This document shows, piece after piece, positions 46,655-56,558 of a stretch of 64,000 bases of DNA. This stretch comes from Betaproteobacteria bacterium HGW-Betaproteobacteria-16 (lineage in GTDB: Bacteria > Pseudomonadota > Gammaproteobacteria > Burkholderiales > Burkholderiaceae_C): NCBI GenBank assembly GCA_002840835.1, contig PHCQ01000020.1, positions 12,541 through 76,540 of the forward strand. The letters run 5' to 3'. The position numbers and the translations under genes were made by a program. The first letter of the stretch is position 1; each line of letters opens with the position of its first letter. The notes beneath the pieces are model-generated. The model saw only the letters and a program-made list of their open reading frames with translations. It was not told where the DNA came from and ran no database searches.

Positions 46655-48062
46655 GGGGCAATTCGATGCGGAAGTGGGCGCTGGTGCTGTCTGGCAGCAG
46701 GAAGACCCGACCGCCGTGGGCCACAATGTACTCGTGCACGATGGACAGACCGATGCCCGTGCCACGAACGGCATCTACTGGCTGGCGTTCACCGCGGAAA
46801 AAGGGTTCGAAAATGCGGTCGCGATCGGTCTCTGCCACGCCGGGACCTTGGTCCACGATGTCGATGCAGGCGAGCCCGGGCTGATCCGAGAGCGTAAGGC
46901 GGACATGGCCGCCGCGTGGCGAATGACGGATGGCATTGGACAACAGGTTGCCCACTGCCGAAGCCATCTTTTCCCGGTCTACCTGCAGCACCAGGGAAGG
47001 GCCCTCAATGCGCACAGTCAGGGCGTGAGACTGCCAGTGCAGGCGCTGCACATCGACCTGTTCTTCCAGCAGTTCGCGCAAGTCGGTTCTTTCCCGTCGC
47101 AGTTGGCGGGCCTCAAACGCGGCCGCGTTGAACCGCAGCAAGGCTTCGATCTGCCCCTGCAGCATCTGGGTGTTGTGCTGCAGGATGTTCACCACCTCTG
47201 CCTGACTGGGGTTGAGCGGCCCGGCCACGCCGTCGCCCAGCACCGCCACCCCTTCGTGCAGCGAAGCCAGCGGCGTCTTGAGCTCGTGTGAGATGTGACG
47301 CAGAAATCGCGCCTTGTCGGCGTCGAGTTCGGTCAGCCGCAGGCGCAACCACTCCAGTTGCTGGCTCACGCGCCGCACGTCTGAAGGGCCTGCGATGTCG
47401 ATCGGCACGTCCAGCCGGTTTTCACCCAGACCCTTGATCGCCTTTTCCAGCCGCTTGAAGGGGCGCGCCAGCCAGATGCCGAACCCCAGCGCCATCACGA
47501 CCGCCACAACGATCGATCCCAGGACCTGGCGGGTGAGCTGCTGGCGGCTGTCTGCGAAACGGGCCTGCAAGGCGTCGTTGCGGTTGCCGATGATGTTCTG
47601 AACGGTTTGCGCAATCGCGCCGCTGTGCACGTCCAGGTCGCGAAACGCCAGCGTCACATCGCGTTCGCGGTCCAGGGCCGTCTCGGGTGTGCCATCGAGC
47701 AGACTGGCGATGGCCGCCAACTGGTTGCGCCAGGTGGCGGCCTGTTCAGGCGGCAGCTCGTTGCTTTCCAGGCTGGCGAGGATGTCGGCGGCATTGGCCG
47801 CTGTTTCCTCAAATCGCAGCCGCAGCTGGTTGTCGCGCAAGACCAGCGACTGGCGCGCGGCGCGCTCCATGTTCTGGCTGCGTTCGCTCAGCGACTGTGC
47901 GGCGGTGGTCAGGGCGATCGCCTGGGCGGCGCTCTCACGGCTTTGTGCCATGAGGGTGTCGAGCGTGAACAGGGCGCGCACGGCTGCAGCACCCAGCAAC
48001 GCGCCGATGAGCACAAAGGCGACCAGCAACAGCTGTGGAAAGGAGAAGCGAGGCGCTCTCAC
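46644..48062 (-). CDS. glrK: Sensor histidine kinase GlrK/QseE-like
   Basis: SF.QLLL.AF, MERAARQ, GPSDV HAMP, L.WLRLRL.EL, FLRHISHELKTPL. Confidence 0.87.
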   Translation of the reverse strand: MRAPRFSFPQLLLVAFVLIGALLGAAAVRALFTLDTLMAQSRESAAQAIALTTAAQSLSERSQNMERAARQSLVLRDNQLRLRFEETAANAADILASLESNELPPEQAATWRNQLAAIASLLDGTPETALDRERDVTLAFRDLDVHSGAIAQTVQNIIGNRNDALQARFADSRQQLTRQVLGSIVVAVVMALGFGIWLARPFKRLEKAIKGLGENRLDVPIDIAGPSDVRRVSQQLEWLRLRLTELDADKARFLRHISHELKTPLASLHEGVAVLGDGVAGPLNPSQAEVVNILQHNTQMLQGQIEALLRFNAAAFEARQLRRERTDLRELLEEQVDVQRLHWQSHALTVRIEGPSLVLQVDREKMASAVGNLLSNAIRHSPRGGHVRLTLSDQPGLACIDIVDQGPGVAETDRDRIFEPFFRGERQPVDAVRGTGIGLSIVHEYIVAHGGRVFLLPDSTSAHFRIELPHVQ

Positions 48063-48074
48063 AAAATCTGAAGA

Positions 48075-49430
48075 TCAGTGGGTCTCGTGGACCCGCACTT
48101 CGCCACGGAGCGAATGTGGCCGGGCTTCGGTGATCAGCACGTCGATGAGCTGGCCCACCAGGCGCGACGCATTCGGTCCGCCGTCAAAATTGACGATGCG
48201 GTTGCACTCGGTGCGGCCCATGAGCTCCGCTGCACCGTCCTTGCCCGGCCGGCGCGATGGCCCTTCCACCAGGATGCGCTGCACCGTGCCTTCGCGGCTG
48301 GCGCTGATGCGCTTCACGTTCTCTTCAATGGTGGCCTGCAGGTGTTGCAGCCGCTTGAGCTTGACCGCGTGCGGCGTGTCGTCGGGCAGGTTGGCCGCAG
48401 GCGTGCCGGGCCGCGGGCTGAAGATGAAGCTGAAGCTGGCGTCAAAGCCCACGTCGGTGATGAGCTTCATCATCTTGTCGAAGTCTTCGTCGGTCTCACC
48501 GGGGAAGCCCACGATGAAGTCGCTGCTCATTGAGAGGGTGGGCCGGATCGCGCGCAGCTTGCGCACCGTGCTCTTGAATTCCATGGCGGTGTAGCCGCGT
48601 TTCATGGCCATGAGGATGCGGTCGCTGCCGTGCTGCACGGGCAGGTGCAGATGGTTCACGAGTTTCGGGATCTTCGCGTACGCCTCGATCAGGCGCGGCG
48701 TGAATTCGTTGGGGTGGCTGGTGGTGTAGCGGATGCGCTCGATGCCCGGGATCTCGGCCACGTATTCCAGCAGCAGCGCAAAATCGGCGTTTTCGGCGGT
48801 GTCTCCCATGGGGCCGCGGTAGGCGTTCACGTTCTGGCCCAGCAGGTTCACTTCCTTCACGCCCTGGTCGGCCAGCCCGGCGATTTCCACCAGCACGTCA
48901 TCGAAAGGGCGGCTCACTTCTTCACCGCGGGTGTAGGGCACCACGCAATAGCTGCAGTACTTGGAGCAGCCTTCCATGATGGAAACAAACGCCGAAGCAC
49001 CGTCCACCTTGGCAGGAGGCAGGTGGTCGAATTTTTCGATCTCGGGGAAACTGATGTCGACCTGCGGCAACGACAGGCGCGCACGCTGGTTCAGCATCTC
49101 GGGCAGGCGGTGCAGTGTCTGCGGGCCGAACACCACGTCCACATACGGCGCGCGCTTGATGATCTCGGCGCCTTCCTGGCTGGCCACGCAGCCACCCACG
49201 CCGATGAGCACGCCCTTTTCCTTCAGGTGCTTGATGCGGCCCAGATCAGAAAATACCTTCTCTTGTGCCTTCTCTCGCACCGAACAGGTGTTGAACAGGA
49301 TCAGGTCGGCCTCTTCCACGTCCTGCGTGGGTTCGTAGCCCTGGGCGGCGCCCAGCACGTCGGCCATCTTGTCCGAGTCGTACTCGTTCATCTGGCAGCC
49401 AAAGGTTTTGATGAAGACTTTTTTGCTCAT
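48075..49430 (-). CDS. miaB: tRNA-i6A37 methylthiotransferase
   Basis: [19 protein letters not shown] radical SAM motif, TRAM domain. Confidence 0.97.
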   Translation of the reverse strand: MSKKVFIKTFGCQMNEYDSDKMADVLGAAQGYEPTQDVEEADLILFNTCSVREKAQEKVFSDLGRIKHLKEKGVLIGVGGCVASQEGAEIIKRAPYVDVVFGPQTLHRLPEMLNQRARLSLPQVDISFPEIEKFDHLPPAKVDGASAFVSIMEGCSKYCSYCVVPYTRGEEVSRPFDDVLVEIAGLADQGVKEVNLLGQNVNAYRGPMGDTAENADFALLLEYVAEIPGIERIRYTTSHPNEFTPRLIEAYAKIPKLVNHLHLPVQHGSDRILMAMKRGYTAMEFKSTVRKLRAIRPTLSMSSDFIVGFPGETDEDFDKMMKLITDVGFDASFSFIFSPRPGTPAANLPDDTPHAVKLKRLQHLQATIEENVKRISASREGTVQRILVEGPSRRPGKDGAAELMGRTECNRIVNFDGGPNASRLVGQLIDVLITEARPHSLRGEVRVHETH

Positions 49431-49545
49431 GGGGGAATCCGGATATCACGCTTTGGCCCTGAACAGGACCTGGTTGGACCACTTCACTCGGAAAGGTCGG
49501 GGGCGCACGCGTTTCGCAGCGCGAGCGGACTGCTGGCAACAGGCC

Positions 49546-49977
49546 TCAGTTGGACCTGGCGGGGGCGTTCGGGTTGGGCGCCGATTCTGAGGAGAACCGG
49601 AAATTGCGCTCGGCGGCCCCACCCGCGCGCTTTTCGGCCGCTTCTGCAGGGTTGAGTACCCAGACTTCGTGGATCAGGCCCTGGCCGTCACGCACATAGT
49701 TCACCAGCACCTCCTGGCCGACCAGGGCACCAGACAGCACCAGCGTGTTGTTCTGGCTGCGGATCCGTGAGCCCGGCGAGAGGCGGGCCGGTTCACCGTT
49801 GAGCGTGATTTCAGGTGGCTGCACCACGACCATTTTGGCGCGCATCGCGCTGTCCGGGAAGTTGCGCACCGGCTGGGTTTGGGCAACGGCCCACGGCGCA
49901 GCAATCAGCGCCAGCGTGGCAGCCAGCGCGCGTGCGCGAAATGAGGTGACGGAGAGGGCAGCAAGGCAGCGGTTCAT
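49546..49977 (-). CDS. Exported hypothetical protein
   Basis: Signal peptide ending AVA-Q; RLSPGSRIR motif; host-like codon use. Confidence 0.75.
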   Translation of the reverse strand: MNRCLAALSVTSFRARALAATLALIAAPWAVAQTQPVRNFPDSAMRAKMVVVQPPEITLNGEPARLSPGSRIRSQNNTLVLSGALVGQEVLVNYVRDGQGLIHEVWVLNPAEAAEKRAGGAAERNFRFSSESAPNPNAPARSN

Positions 49978-50146
49978 GGTATGTGTCCAGAGGCTGTGGA
50001 AGAGGCAGAACGCCGGCGGCGAACAGGCGTGGATTGTCGCATGGCGGCTGTCGCCCGGGGGCTCGTCAGGCCGTGCGCATTTGCGCAGAATGAAGCATCA
50101 CCGTCGCCCTGGCGCTTTTCCCGTGAGCGCCCCACCAAGGAACCGC

Positions 50147-50740
50147 ATGGCCCGCCTGCCTCCCCTGCCGCCCGAAACCACACCCGAACTCAAGCCCCAT
50201 TTCGACTTCTTCCTGGGCACTCTGGGCTTCACACCCAACAGCGTGCTCACCATGCAGCGAAAGCCCAAGCTGGCGCAGGCACTGGCGGTGATGAACGCCG
50301 CGGTGATGGACCCTGAGGGCGAGGTCGATCTGGGATTTCGCCGGCTCATCGGCCATGTGGTGAGCAAGGTGGCGGGGTGCCTTTATTGCCAGGCCCACAC
50401 CGTGCTGGGCGCGAAGAACTTCGGGGTGTCAGAAGCCAAGCTGGCCGATGTCTGGCGCTATGCCGACAGCCCGCACTACAGCGAAGCCGAGCGACTGGCC
50501 ATGGACTTCGCGCTGGCCGCTGCCTCACAGCCCAATGCCGTGACCGACGAGCAGTTCGCCGAGCTGCGCCAGCACTGGAGCGACGGTGCCATCGTGGAGA
50601 TCCTGGGCGTGGTGGCGATGTTTGCCTTCCTCAATCGCTGGAACGACACCATGGCCACGCCTCTGGAGGCCGTGCCCGAGGCGGTTGCCACACAGGCCCT
50701 CGGCGCACAGGGCTGGCAGCCAGGCAAGCACGCGGGCTGA
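50147..50740 (+). CDS. Carboxymuconolactone decarboxylase/AhpD-like protein
   Basis: GCLYCQAH CxxC motif; AAGGA SD. Confidence 0.85.
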   Translation: MARLPPLPPETTPELKPHFDFFLGTLGFTPNSVLTMQRKPKLAQALAVMNAAVMDPEGEVDLGFRRLIGHVVSKVAGCLYCQAHTVLGAKNFGVSEAKLADVWRYADSPHYSEAERLAMDFALAAASQPNAVTDEQFAELRQHWSDGAIVEILGVVAMFAFLNRWNDTMATPLEAVPEAVATQALGAQGWQPGKHAG

Positions 50741-50750
50741 CACACCACGT

Positions 50751-51401
50751 TCAAGACCTGCTGCCTGGCTTTTGCATCAGGGCCACGTTGGGGCAGGGAA
50801 TCTCGCAGCGCCAGCCGTGGTGTTTCGCCAGCCATTGCAGCGTGGCCTCGCGGTAGAACACAACATGGGTGGGGTCGCGGCGGTAGTGCCAGCCGGCAAA
50901 CCGGCTGTCGTCGGTCTGGAAATTCGTCATCAATGCCAGCCAGCCCCCGGGCGCCAGCAGGGCGTCAAACCGGCGGAATTCAGCGGCTGGCTGGTGGAAG
51001 TGCTCGATCACTTCGGTGCAGGTGATGAAGCCATAAGTGCTTGACAGCACCGATGGGTCTGGCTGAAAGAAAGGGTCGTACAGCGCCACCGTGTGGCCAG
51101 CCTCACGCAACAGGGCGGCCAGTGCCGGTCCCGGACCGCAGCCATAGTCGAGGCCGTGGCTGGCGGGTGGCAGGCGCTGCAGCAAGGGGTCGCTCAGCTT
51201 GCGAAGAAACCGACGGTAGTGAGCATCGTCCTGCGCGTTCTGGTGCAGTTGGTATTCGGCCCGTTCGGCGTCGGGCCCGGGCCGCTGATCGGGATGCAGG
51301 AAGGTCGCAAGACAAGTGGGGCAGCGCAGGTAGGTGCGATCGCCCACGGTCTGAAACACCTGGCACTGCGGGCTTTCGCACACCGGGCACAGCATGGACA
51401 T
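50751..51401 (-). CDS. Class I SAM methyltransferase with N-terminal zinc ribbon
   Basis: CPVC..CPTC, LDYGCGPGP, WHYRRDPTHV. Confidence 0.88.
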   Translation of the reverse strand: MSMLCPVCESPQCQVFQTVGDRTYLRCPTCLATFLHPDQRPGPDAERAEYQLHQNAQDDAHYRRFLRKLSDPLLQRLPPASHGLDYGCGPGPALAALLREAGHTVALYDPFFQPDPSVLSSTYGFITCTEVIEHFHQPAAEFRRFDALLAPGGWLALMTNFQTDDSRFAGWHYRRDPTHVVFYREATLQWLAKHHGWRCEIPCPNVALMQKPGSRS

Positions 51402-51432
51402 ACTCCCGGGCGAGCGAATCCTGGGGAAGACC

Positions 51433-51993
51433 TTACTTCCAGCGCAGCGGCTCAATGGGCACGCTGCCCTGCGTGCTGGACAGCGTGAGCACGCCTTCCT
51501 GCACCGTGGCCTGCAGCTGCATGCTGCGTTCGGCCATCGCGGCCAGCGCGGGCGCCACCTCGGTGGGCAGGCGCCATACCTGCAGCCTGTCCAGCCGGGT
51601 CAGCTTGTTTTCAATGCCGCGCCACCACACGTCAGCGGCCGAACCAAAGGCGTAGACGAACACCGCGTCGGCCTTGCTGCAGGCTTTCAACAGGGGTTTG
51701 TCTTCGGGTTGGCCCACTTCGATCCAGATGCGCTTGCGGCCAGTGAAGTCGGTGAGCGACACGTCCGGGTCTTCGGGGTCAGACAGCCCAGCGCCAAAAG
51801 CCAGCGTGCCGTCGCCGCCGCAGGTGTCCTGCAACTCGTGCGCGTGAATGGCCAGAGCCACCAGCCGCACCATCATGCGTTCGTCCGTCTCGCTGGGGTG
51901 GCGGGCCAGGGTGAGCGCGTGGTCGGCGTAGTAGCCGTGGTCGATGTCGGCCACCTGCAGGTGGGCCTTGAAGATGGTGGATTTGAGGGCCAT
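51433..51993 (-). CDS. yaeQ: YaeQ family protein
   Basis: MALKSTIFK, LARHPSETDERMMVRL, WIEVGQP. Confidence 0.93.
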   Translation of the reverse strand: MALKSTIFKAHLQVADIDHGYYADHALTLARHPSETDERMMVRLVALAIHAHELQDTCGGDGTLAFGAGLSDPEDPDVSLTDFTGRKRIWIEVGQPEDKPLLKACSKADAVFVYAFGSAADVWWRGIENKLTRLDRLQVWRLPTEVAPALAAMAERSMQLQATVQEGVLTLSSTQGSVPIEPLRWK

Positions 51994-51999
51994 GAATGC

Positions 52000-52028
52000 A
52001 AAAAAGCGGACCCGTCGCCGGAGTCCGC
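52000..52028 (-). terminator. Intrinsic terminator after tRNA-Met
   Basis: Minus strand GCGGACTCCGGCGACGGGTCCGC followed by T6. Confidence 0.85.
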
Positions 52029-52038
52029 TTCTGAAATT

Positions 52039-52115
52039 TGGTGGCGATAGGTGGACTTGAACCACCGACATCAGCATTATGAATGCTGCGCTCTAACCAA
52101 CTGAGCTATATCGCC
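52039..52115 (-). tRNA. tRNA-Met(CAT), probably elongator
   Basis: GGCGATATAGCTCAGTTGGTTAGAGCGCAGCATTCATAATGCTGATGTCGGTGGTTCAAGTCCACCTATCGCCACCA; G1:C72 pair argues against fMet. Confidence 0.95.
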
Positions 52116-52125
52116 GAAGCCCGGA

Positions 52126-52154
52126 ATTATAGCCAGATTTTTGAGTCCTTTCAC
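52126..52154 (-). promoter_or_regulatory. Sigma70 promoter of tRNA-Met
   Basis: GTGAAA-17 nt-TATAAT on the minus strand. Confidence 0.65.
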
Positions 52155-52205
52155 ATTGCCCGGGACCGCGGCGCAGGGCATCGGGGGATGCGTGAGGGCA
52201 ACAGT

Positions 52206-52994
52206 TCAGTTGTGCTTGAACACCGCCTTGCGCTTGTTCACGAAAGCATCCATGCCTTCCTTCTGATCCTCGGTGGCGAACATCGCGTGGAACAGGCGGC
52301 GCTCGAACATCACGCCATCCGACAAGCCGCTTTCAAAGGCACGGTTGACACATTCCTTCGCAGCCATCACCGACGGCAGCGAGAACTCGCAGATCTGCAG
52401 GGCGGCGCCCAGGGCTTCGTCCATCAGCTTGTCCAGCGGCACCACGCGGCTGACCAGGCCCGCGCGCTCGGCCTCGGTGGCGTCCATCATGCGGCCGGTG
52501 AGGGCCATGTCCATGGCCTTGGCCTTGCCCACGGCGCGAGGCAGGCGCTGGGTGCCGCCCGCGCCGGGAATGATGCCGAGCTTGATTTCAGGCTGGCCGA
52601 ACCTGGCGTTGTCGGCGGCGATGATGAAGTCGCACATCATGGCCAGTTCGCAGCCACCGCCCAGGGCGAAACCACTGACGGCTGCGATCACGGGCTTGCG
52701 CACGCTGCGGATGGTTTCCCAGTTGCGGGTGATGTAGTCGCCCTTGTAGACGTCGGCGAAGCTGTAGGTCGCCATGGCGCCGATGTCGGCACCGGCCGCA
52801 AAGGCCTTTTCGCTGCCGGTGACGATCATGCAGCCGATGGCCTCGTCGGCGTCGAAGGCCTTGAGGGCGGCGCCCAGCTCGTCCATGAGCTGGTTGTTCA
52901 GGGCGTTGAGCTGCTTGGGGCGGTTCAGGGTGACGATGCCCACGCGCCCTTCGGTGCGCACGGTGATGAGTTCTGGGGTGGCTGTCTCGCTCAT
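52206..52994 (-). CDS. Enoyl-CoA hydratase (PaaF-like)
   Basis: [40 protein letters not shown]. Confidence 0.92.
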   Translation of the reverse strand: MSETATPELITVRTEGRVGIVTLNRPKQLNALNNQLMDELGAALKAFDADEAIGCMIVTGSEKAFAAGADIGAMATYSFADVYKGDYITRNWETIRSVRKPVIAAVSGFALGGGCELAMMCDFIIAADNARFGQPEIKLGIIPGAGGTQRLPRAVGKAKAMDMALTGRMMDATEAERAGLVSRVVPLDKLMDEALGAALQICEFSLPSVMAAKECVNRAFESGLSDGVMFERRLFHAMFATEDQKEGMDAFVNKRKAVFKHN

Positions 52995-53029
52995 GGCTTT
53001 CCTCTGTTGGATGGGGGTGGTGGGGTGAA

Positions 53030-53045
53030 TTGACGTGCACGTCAA
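53030..53045. promoter_or_regulatory. LiuR-like operator palindrome
   Basis: Perfect 16-bp palindrome TTGACGTGCACGTCAA. Confidence 0.72.
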
Positions 53046-53084
53046 CGTCAAGGTCGACTATAGCGGTCTCCACCAAGGGAAAAC

Positions 53085-53110
53085 ATTAGCCGACCGTTGG
53101 GTCGGTTAAT
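53085..53110. promoter_or_regulatory. TetR/PaaR-like operator palindrome
   Basis: ATTAGCCGACC-GTTG-GGTCGGTTAAT (10/11 inverted match) upstream of paaG. Confidence 0.68.
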
Positions 53111-53176
53111 GGTAAATTGGCCTGAAGCATCAACCGACAGGGTGCCTGGCACCTGCATCCGAGGAGACAACATCAC

Positions 53177-53995
53177 ATGAATGCCCCGTCAACGGCAACG
53201 CCATCGGCCAGTTCTATCCTGTATGAGGAGCGTGGCGCAGTGGCCCTGGTCACGCTCAACCGGCCCGATGCCCTCAACAGTTTCACCCGCGCCATGCACC
53301 GCGAACTCTGGGCCGCGCTTGATCGCGCCGAAGGCAATCCCGCGATCCGGGCGCTGGTGGTCACGGGTGCGGGCCGCGGCTTCTGCGCTGGTGCGGATCT
53401 GGCCGAATTCGACTTTGAACCCGGTCCCGACCTGGTGCAGCGCGCCGATCCCGGCCCGGTCATCGAACAGGCCTTCAACCCGACCGCCAGACGGTTTCAG
53501 AACCTGCGCATGCCCAGCATTGCCGCCGTCAATGGCGTGGCAGCGGGGGCGGGCGCTTCGCTGGCGATGTGCTGCGACATGGCCATTGCCGCGCCTTCGG
53601 CCAGTTTCATCCAGGCATTCAGCAAGATCGGGCTGATACCGGACGCCGGTGGCAGCTGGCTGCTGGTGGAGCGACTGGGCCTGGCGCGGGCGATGGCGCT
53701 GGCCATGACGGGCGACAAGCTGCCCGCTCAGCAGGCCAAGGAATGGGGCATGATCTGGGACGTGGCCGACGACCCGGTGGTCGCCGCCCTCGCCCTGGCC
53801 GACAGGCTGGCCACCATGCCGACCAAGGCGCTGGTGGCCACCCGGGCGCTGTTGCGCGAGGCGGGCACGCGCAGCTTCAGTGAACAGCTGGATATGGAAC
53901 GAGACACGCAGTCGGCACTGGGCAAAACCCACGACTACATCGAAGGCGTGATGGCGTTTCGCGAAAAACGCCCAGCGCGGTTCAAAGGGGAATGA
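53177..53995 (+). CDS. paaG: 1,2-epoxyphenylacetyl-CoA isomerase PaaG-like
   Basis: Crotonase fold, VNGVAAGAGA, QAFSKIGLIPDAGG; operon with paaI and paaK. Confidence 0.85.
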   Translation: MNAPSTATPSASSILYEERGAVALVTLNRPDALNSFTRAMHRELWAALDRAEGNPAIRALVVTGAGRGFCAGADLAEFDFEPGPDLVQRADPGPVIEQAFNPTARRFQNLRMPSIAAVNGVAAGAGASLAMCCDMAIAAPSASFIQAFSKIGLIPDAGGSWLLVERLGLARAMALAMTGDKLPAQQAKEWGMIWDVADDPVVAALALADRLATMPTKALVATRALLREAGTRSFSEQLDMERDTQSALGKTHDYIEGVMAFREKRPARFKGE

Positions 53996-54438
53996 CGGTG
54001 ACACCTCAAGACCGCGCCACCCAGGTGGGTGAGACGATGTTCTCGGCAGACGTGGCGGCCCGCGAAACCATGGGCATTGAGCTGGTGAGCGTGGCGCCCG
54101 GGCGTGCCGTGATGCGCATGGCCGTTCAGCCTTTGCACCTCAACGGCCACCAGATCTGCCACGGTGGCTTCATCTTCACCCTGGCCGACACCACGTTCGC
54201 CTACGCCTGCAACAGCTACAACCGGAACGCGGTAGCGGCGGGATGCAGCATCGAGTTCCTCAAGCCCGGCCATCAAGGCGATGTGCTCACCTGCGAGGGG
54301 CTGGAGCAAGCGCTGCAAGGCCGGCACGGCATTTACGACATGAAGGTCACTAACCAGAAGGGTGAGGTGGTGGCCATGTTTCGGGGCAAAAGCGCGCAGA
54401 TTCCCGGCCAGGTGTTTCCTGAAGAGGTGGGTGCATGA
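53992..54438 (+). CDS. paaI: Phenylacetyl-CoA thioesterase PaaI
   Basis: LNGHQICHGGFIFTLADT.FAYACNS. Confidence 0.93.
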   Translation: MTVTPQDRATQVGETMFSADVAARETMGIELVSVAPGRAVMRMAVQPLHLNGHQICHGGFIFTLADTTFAYACNSYNRNAVAAGCSIEFLKPGHQGDVLTCEGLEQALQGRHGIYDMKVTNQKGEVVAMFRGKSAQIPGQVFPEEVGA

Positions 54439-55730
54439 ATCACTTCCCGCTCGAACCGATTGAAAAGGCCAGCATCGACGAGTTGCGTGCGCTGCAGCTC
54501 AAGCGCCTGCAGGCCACGCTGCGCCATGCCTACACAAACTCACCCGTCTACCGGGCCAAGTTCGATGCCGCTGGTGTGCACCCGGACGACTGCCGCAGCC
54601 TGGCCGATCTGGCGAAGTTTCCCTTCACCACCAAGAAAGACCTGCGCGACAGCTATCCCTTCGGCATGTTTGCCGTGCCGCGCGCAAAATGCGCGCGCAT
54701 CCACGCCAGCAGCGGCACCACCGGAAAGCCCACGGTGGTGGGCTACACCCTGAAGGACATTGACACCTGGGCCACCGTGGTGGCGCGCAGCATCCGCGCC
54801 AGCGGCGCGCGGCCCGGCGATCTGGTGCACGTGAGCTACGGCTATGGGCTGTTCACCGGCGGTCTGGGTGCGCATTACGGCGCCGAGAAGCTGGGTCTCA
54901 CCGTGGTGCCTTTCGGTGGCGGGCAGACCGAGCGCCAGGTACAGCTGATCCAGGATTTCCGGCCCGACATCATCATGGTGACACCCAGCTACATGCTGGC
55001 CATTGCCGACGAGTTCGAGCGGCAGGGCATCGATCCGCGTGAGAGCAGTGTGCGCCTGGGCATCTTCGGCGCCGAGCCCTGGACCAACGACATGCGTGTG
55101 GCCATCGAGGCGCGCATGAACATCGATGCGGTGGACATCTACGGCCTGTCTGAAGTGATGGGCCCGGGTGTGGCCAACGAATGTGTGGAAACCAAGGATG
55201 GCCCGACGATCTGGGAAGACCATTTCTATCCTGAGATTATCGACCCCGAAACCGGCGAACCGGTGGCGGATGGCGAAATGGGCGAGCTGGTGTTCACCAG
55301 CCTGACCAAAGAGGCGTTGCCCATCATCCGCTACCGCACCCGCGATCTCACCCGCCTGCTGCCCGGCACTGCACGCACCATGCGCCGCATGGAAAAAATC
55401 ACCGGCCGCAGCGACGACATGATGATCGTGCGCGGCGTCAATGTGTTTCCCACACAGATCGAGGAACTCATCCTCAAGCGCCCTGAACTGACGGCGCACT
55501 ACCAGTGCCTGCTGACCCGTGAAGGGCCGATGGACAACCTGACCGTGGTGGTGGAGACGAGGCCCGGCCTGGCGCCTGAAAGCATCGAAGCGCGCGCCGC
55601 CGCCAAGATGCTGCAACACGAAGTGAAGGTGTTCGTGGGCAGCAGCGTGGAAGTGCAGCTCAGACCCGAAGGAGGCGTGGAGCGCAGCCAGGGCAAAGCC
55701 AAGCGGGTGGTGGATCAGCGTTCGCGCTGA
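54435..55730 (+). CDS. paaK: Phenylacetate-CoA ligase
   Basis: HASSGTTGKPTVVGYT, YGYGLFTGG, DIYGLSE, GKAKRV. Confidence 0.96.
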   Translation: MNHFPLEPIEKASIDELRALQLKRLQATLRHAYTNSPVYRAKFDAAGVHPDDCRSLADLAKFPFTTKKDLRDSYPFGMFAVPRAKCARIHASSGTTGKPTVVGYTLKDIDTWATVVARSIRASGARPGDLVHVSYGYGLFTGGLGAHYGAEKLGLTVVPFGGGQTERQVQLIQDFRPDIIMVTPSYMLAIADEFERQGIDPRESSVRLGIFGAEPWTNDMRVAIEARMNIDAVDIYGLSEVMGPGVANECVETKDGPTIWEDHFYPEIIDPETGEPVADGEMGELVFTSLTKEALPIIRYRTRDLTRLLPGTARTMRRMEKITGRSDDMMIVRGVNVFPTQIEELILKRPELTAHYQCLLTREGPMDNLTVVVETRPGLAPESIEARAAAKMLQHEVKVFVGSSVEVQLRPEGGVERSQGKAKRVVDQRSR

Positions 55731-55889
55731 AGCACGCGCGCCTGCGCCAGGCGATGAAGGCAGGGCATGCCTGCAGATTCCTGGCTTCAGCGTTAAATAT
55801 GTCCGTCTCGTAGTTGTCACGCCTGAGGTCAAACCCCCTAGCCGTTCCAGGGGGCTGTCGTTACATTCCTGCTCAAAGGAAGTTTCCAG

Positions 55890-56417
55890 ATGGACAAAAC
55901 TGCGGTCTTCTCCAAGACGGATGAAGGGCGGGAGGCTCTGACCAGCCGTCCACCAGGTCTCACGCCCCGACTGCGTTCGCTGCTGATCATGACCGACGGC
56001 AAGCGGACCGTGGCCGAGCTCGACAAGATGCTGGGTGCCGATGGTGCGGCGGGGCCGCTGCTGGAACAACTCGTCGCCCAGGGGTGGGTGCAAGGCCAGG
56101 CTGGCACCGGCCCCACGACACCACCGCTGGCAGCCGGTACAGAGGCCGGCGGGGGCCAGGCGGCGGTGGACACGCTGCCCCCCTTTGTCGAAGAGACATG
56201 GCCGTTCCCGGATGCCCGTCGGCGGGTCGTGCGTTTCATCAACGACCAGCTCGGCCCCATGGGGGAGACCCTGGCCATGCGCGTGGAGTCCTGCAAGAAC
56301 GCCACCGATCTGCAGGCTGCATTGCCACGCATCCGCGATGGGCTGCGCAACTTCAAGAGCTCGGCCACGGTGCAACAGTTCGACCAGGAGATCGCAGCTC
56401 ACCTGCCCACTGCTTGA
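55890..56417 (+). CDS. Hypothetical protein, winged-helix-like N-terminus (inferred)
   Basis: KTDEGRE..L.PRLRSLLIM.DGKRT..EL...L..LV..GWV; AAGGA SD. Confidence 0.78.
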   Translation: MDKTAVFSKTDEGREALTSRPPGLTPRLRSLLIMTDGKRTVAELDKMLGADGAAGPLLEQLVAQGWVQGQAGTGPTTPPLAAGTEAGGGQAAVDTLPPFVEETWPFPDARRRVVRFINDQLGPMGETLAMRVESCKNATDLQAALPRIRDGLRNFKSSATVQQFDQEIAAHLPTA

Positions 56418-56558
56418 AAGTTCGCGGGGACATCAACCCCACCAACATCCACGCGAATGCGGACAGGGTGCGACGCAGTGCGCAAAGTCCCCAAGCCGGT
56501 TGTTGGGCGCTCGCCCTTCCTAGAATGCTGGTTTCATTCATATCAGGAAGGATTCCCC

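Noticed and set aside
52039-52115. tRNA as an integration site for an island or prophage; tRNA-fMet or Ile2 identity
   Set aside because: No integrase, no duplicated 3' end seen and no composition shift. G1:C72 argues against initiator; Ile2 is less likely by resemblance, and tRNAscan-SE would settle it.
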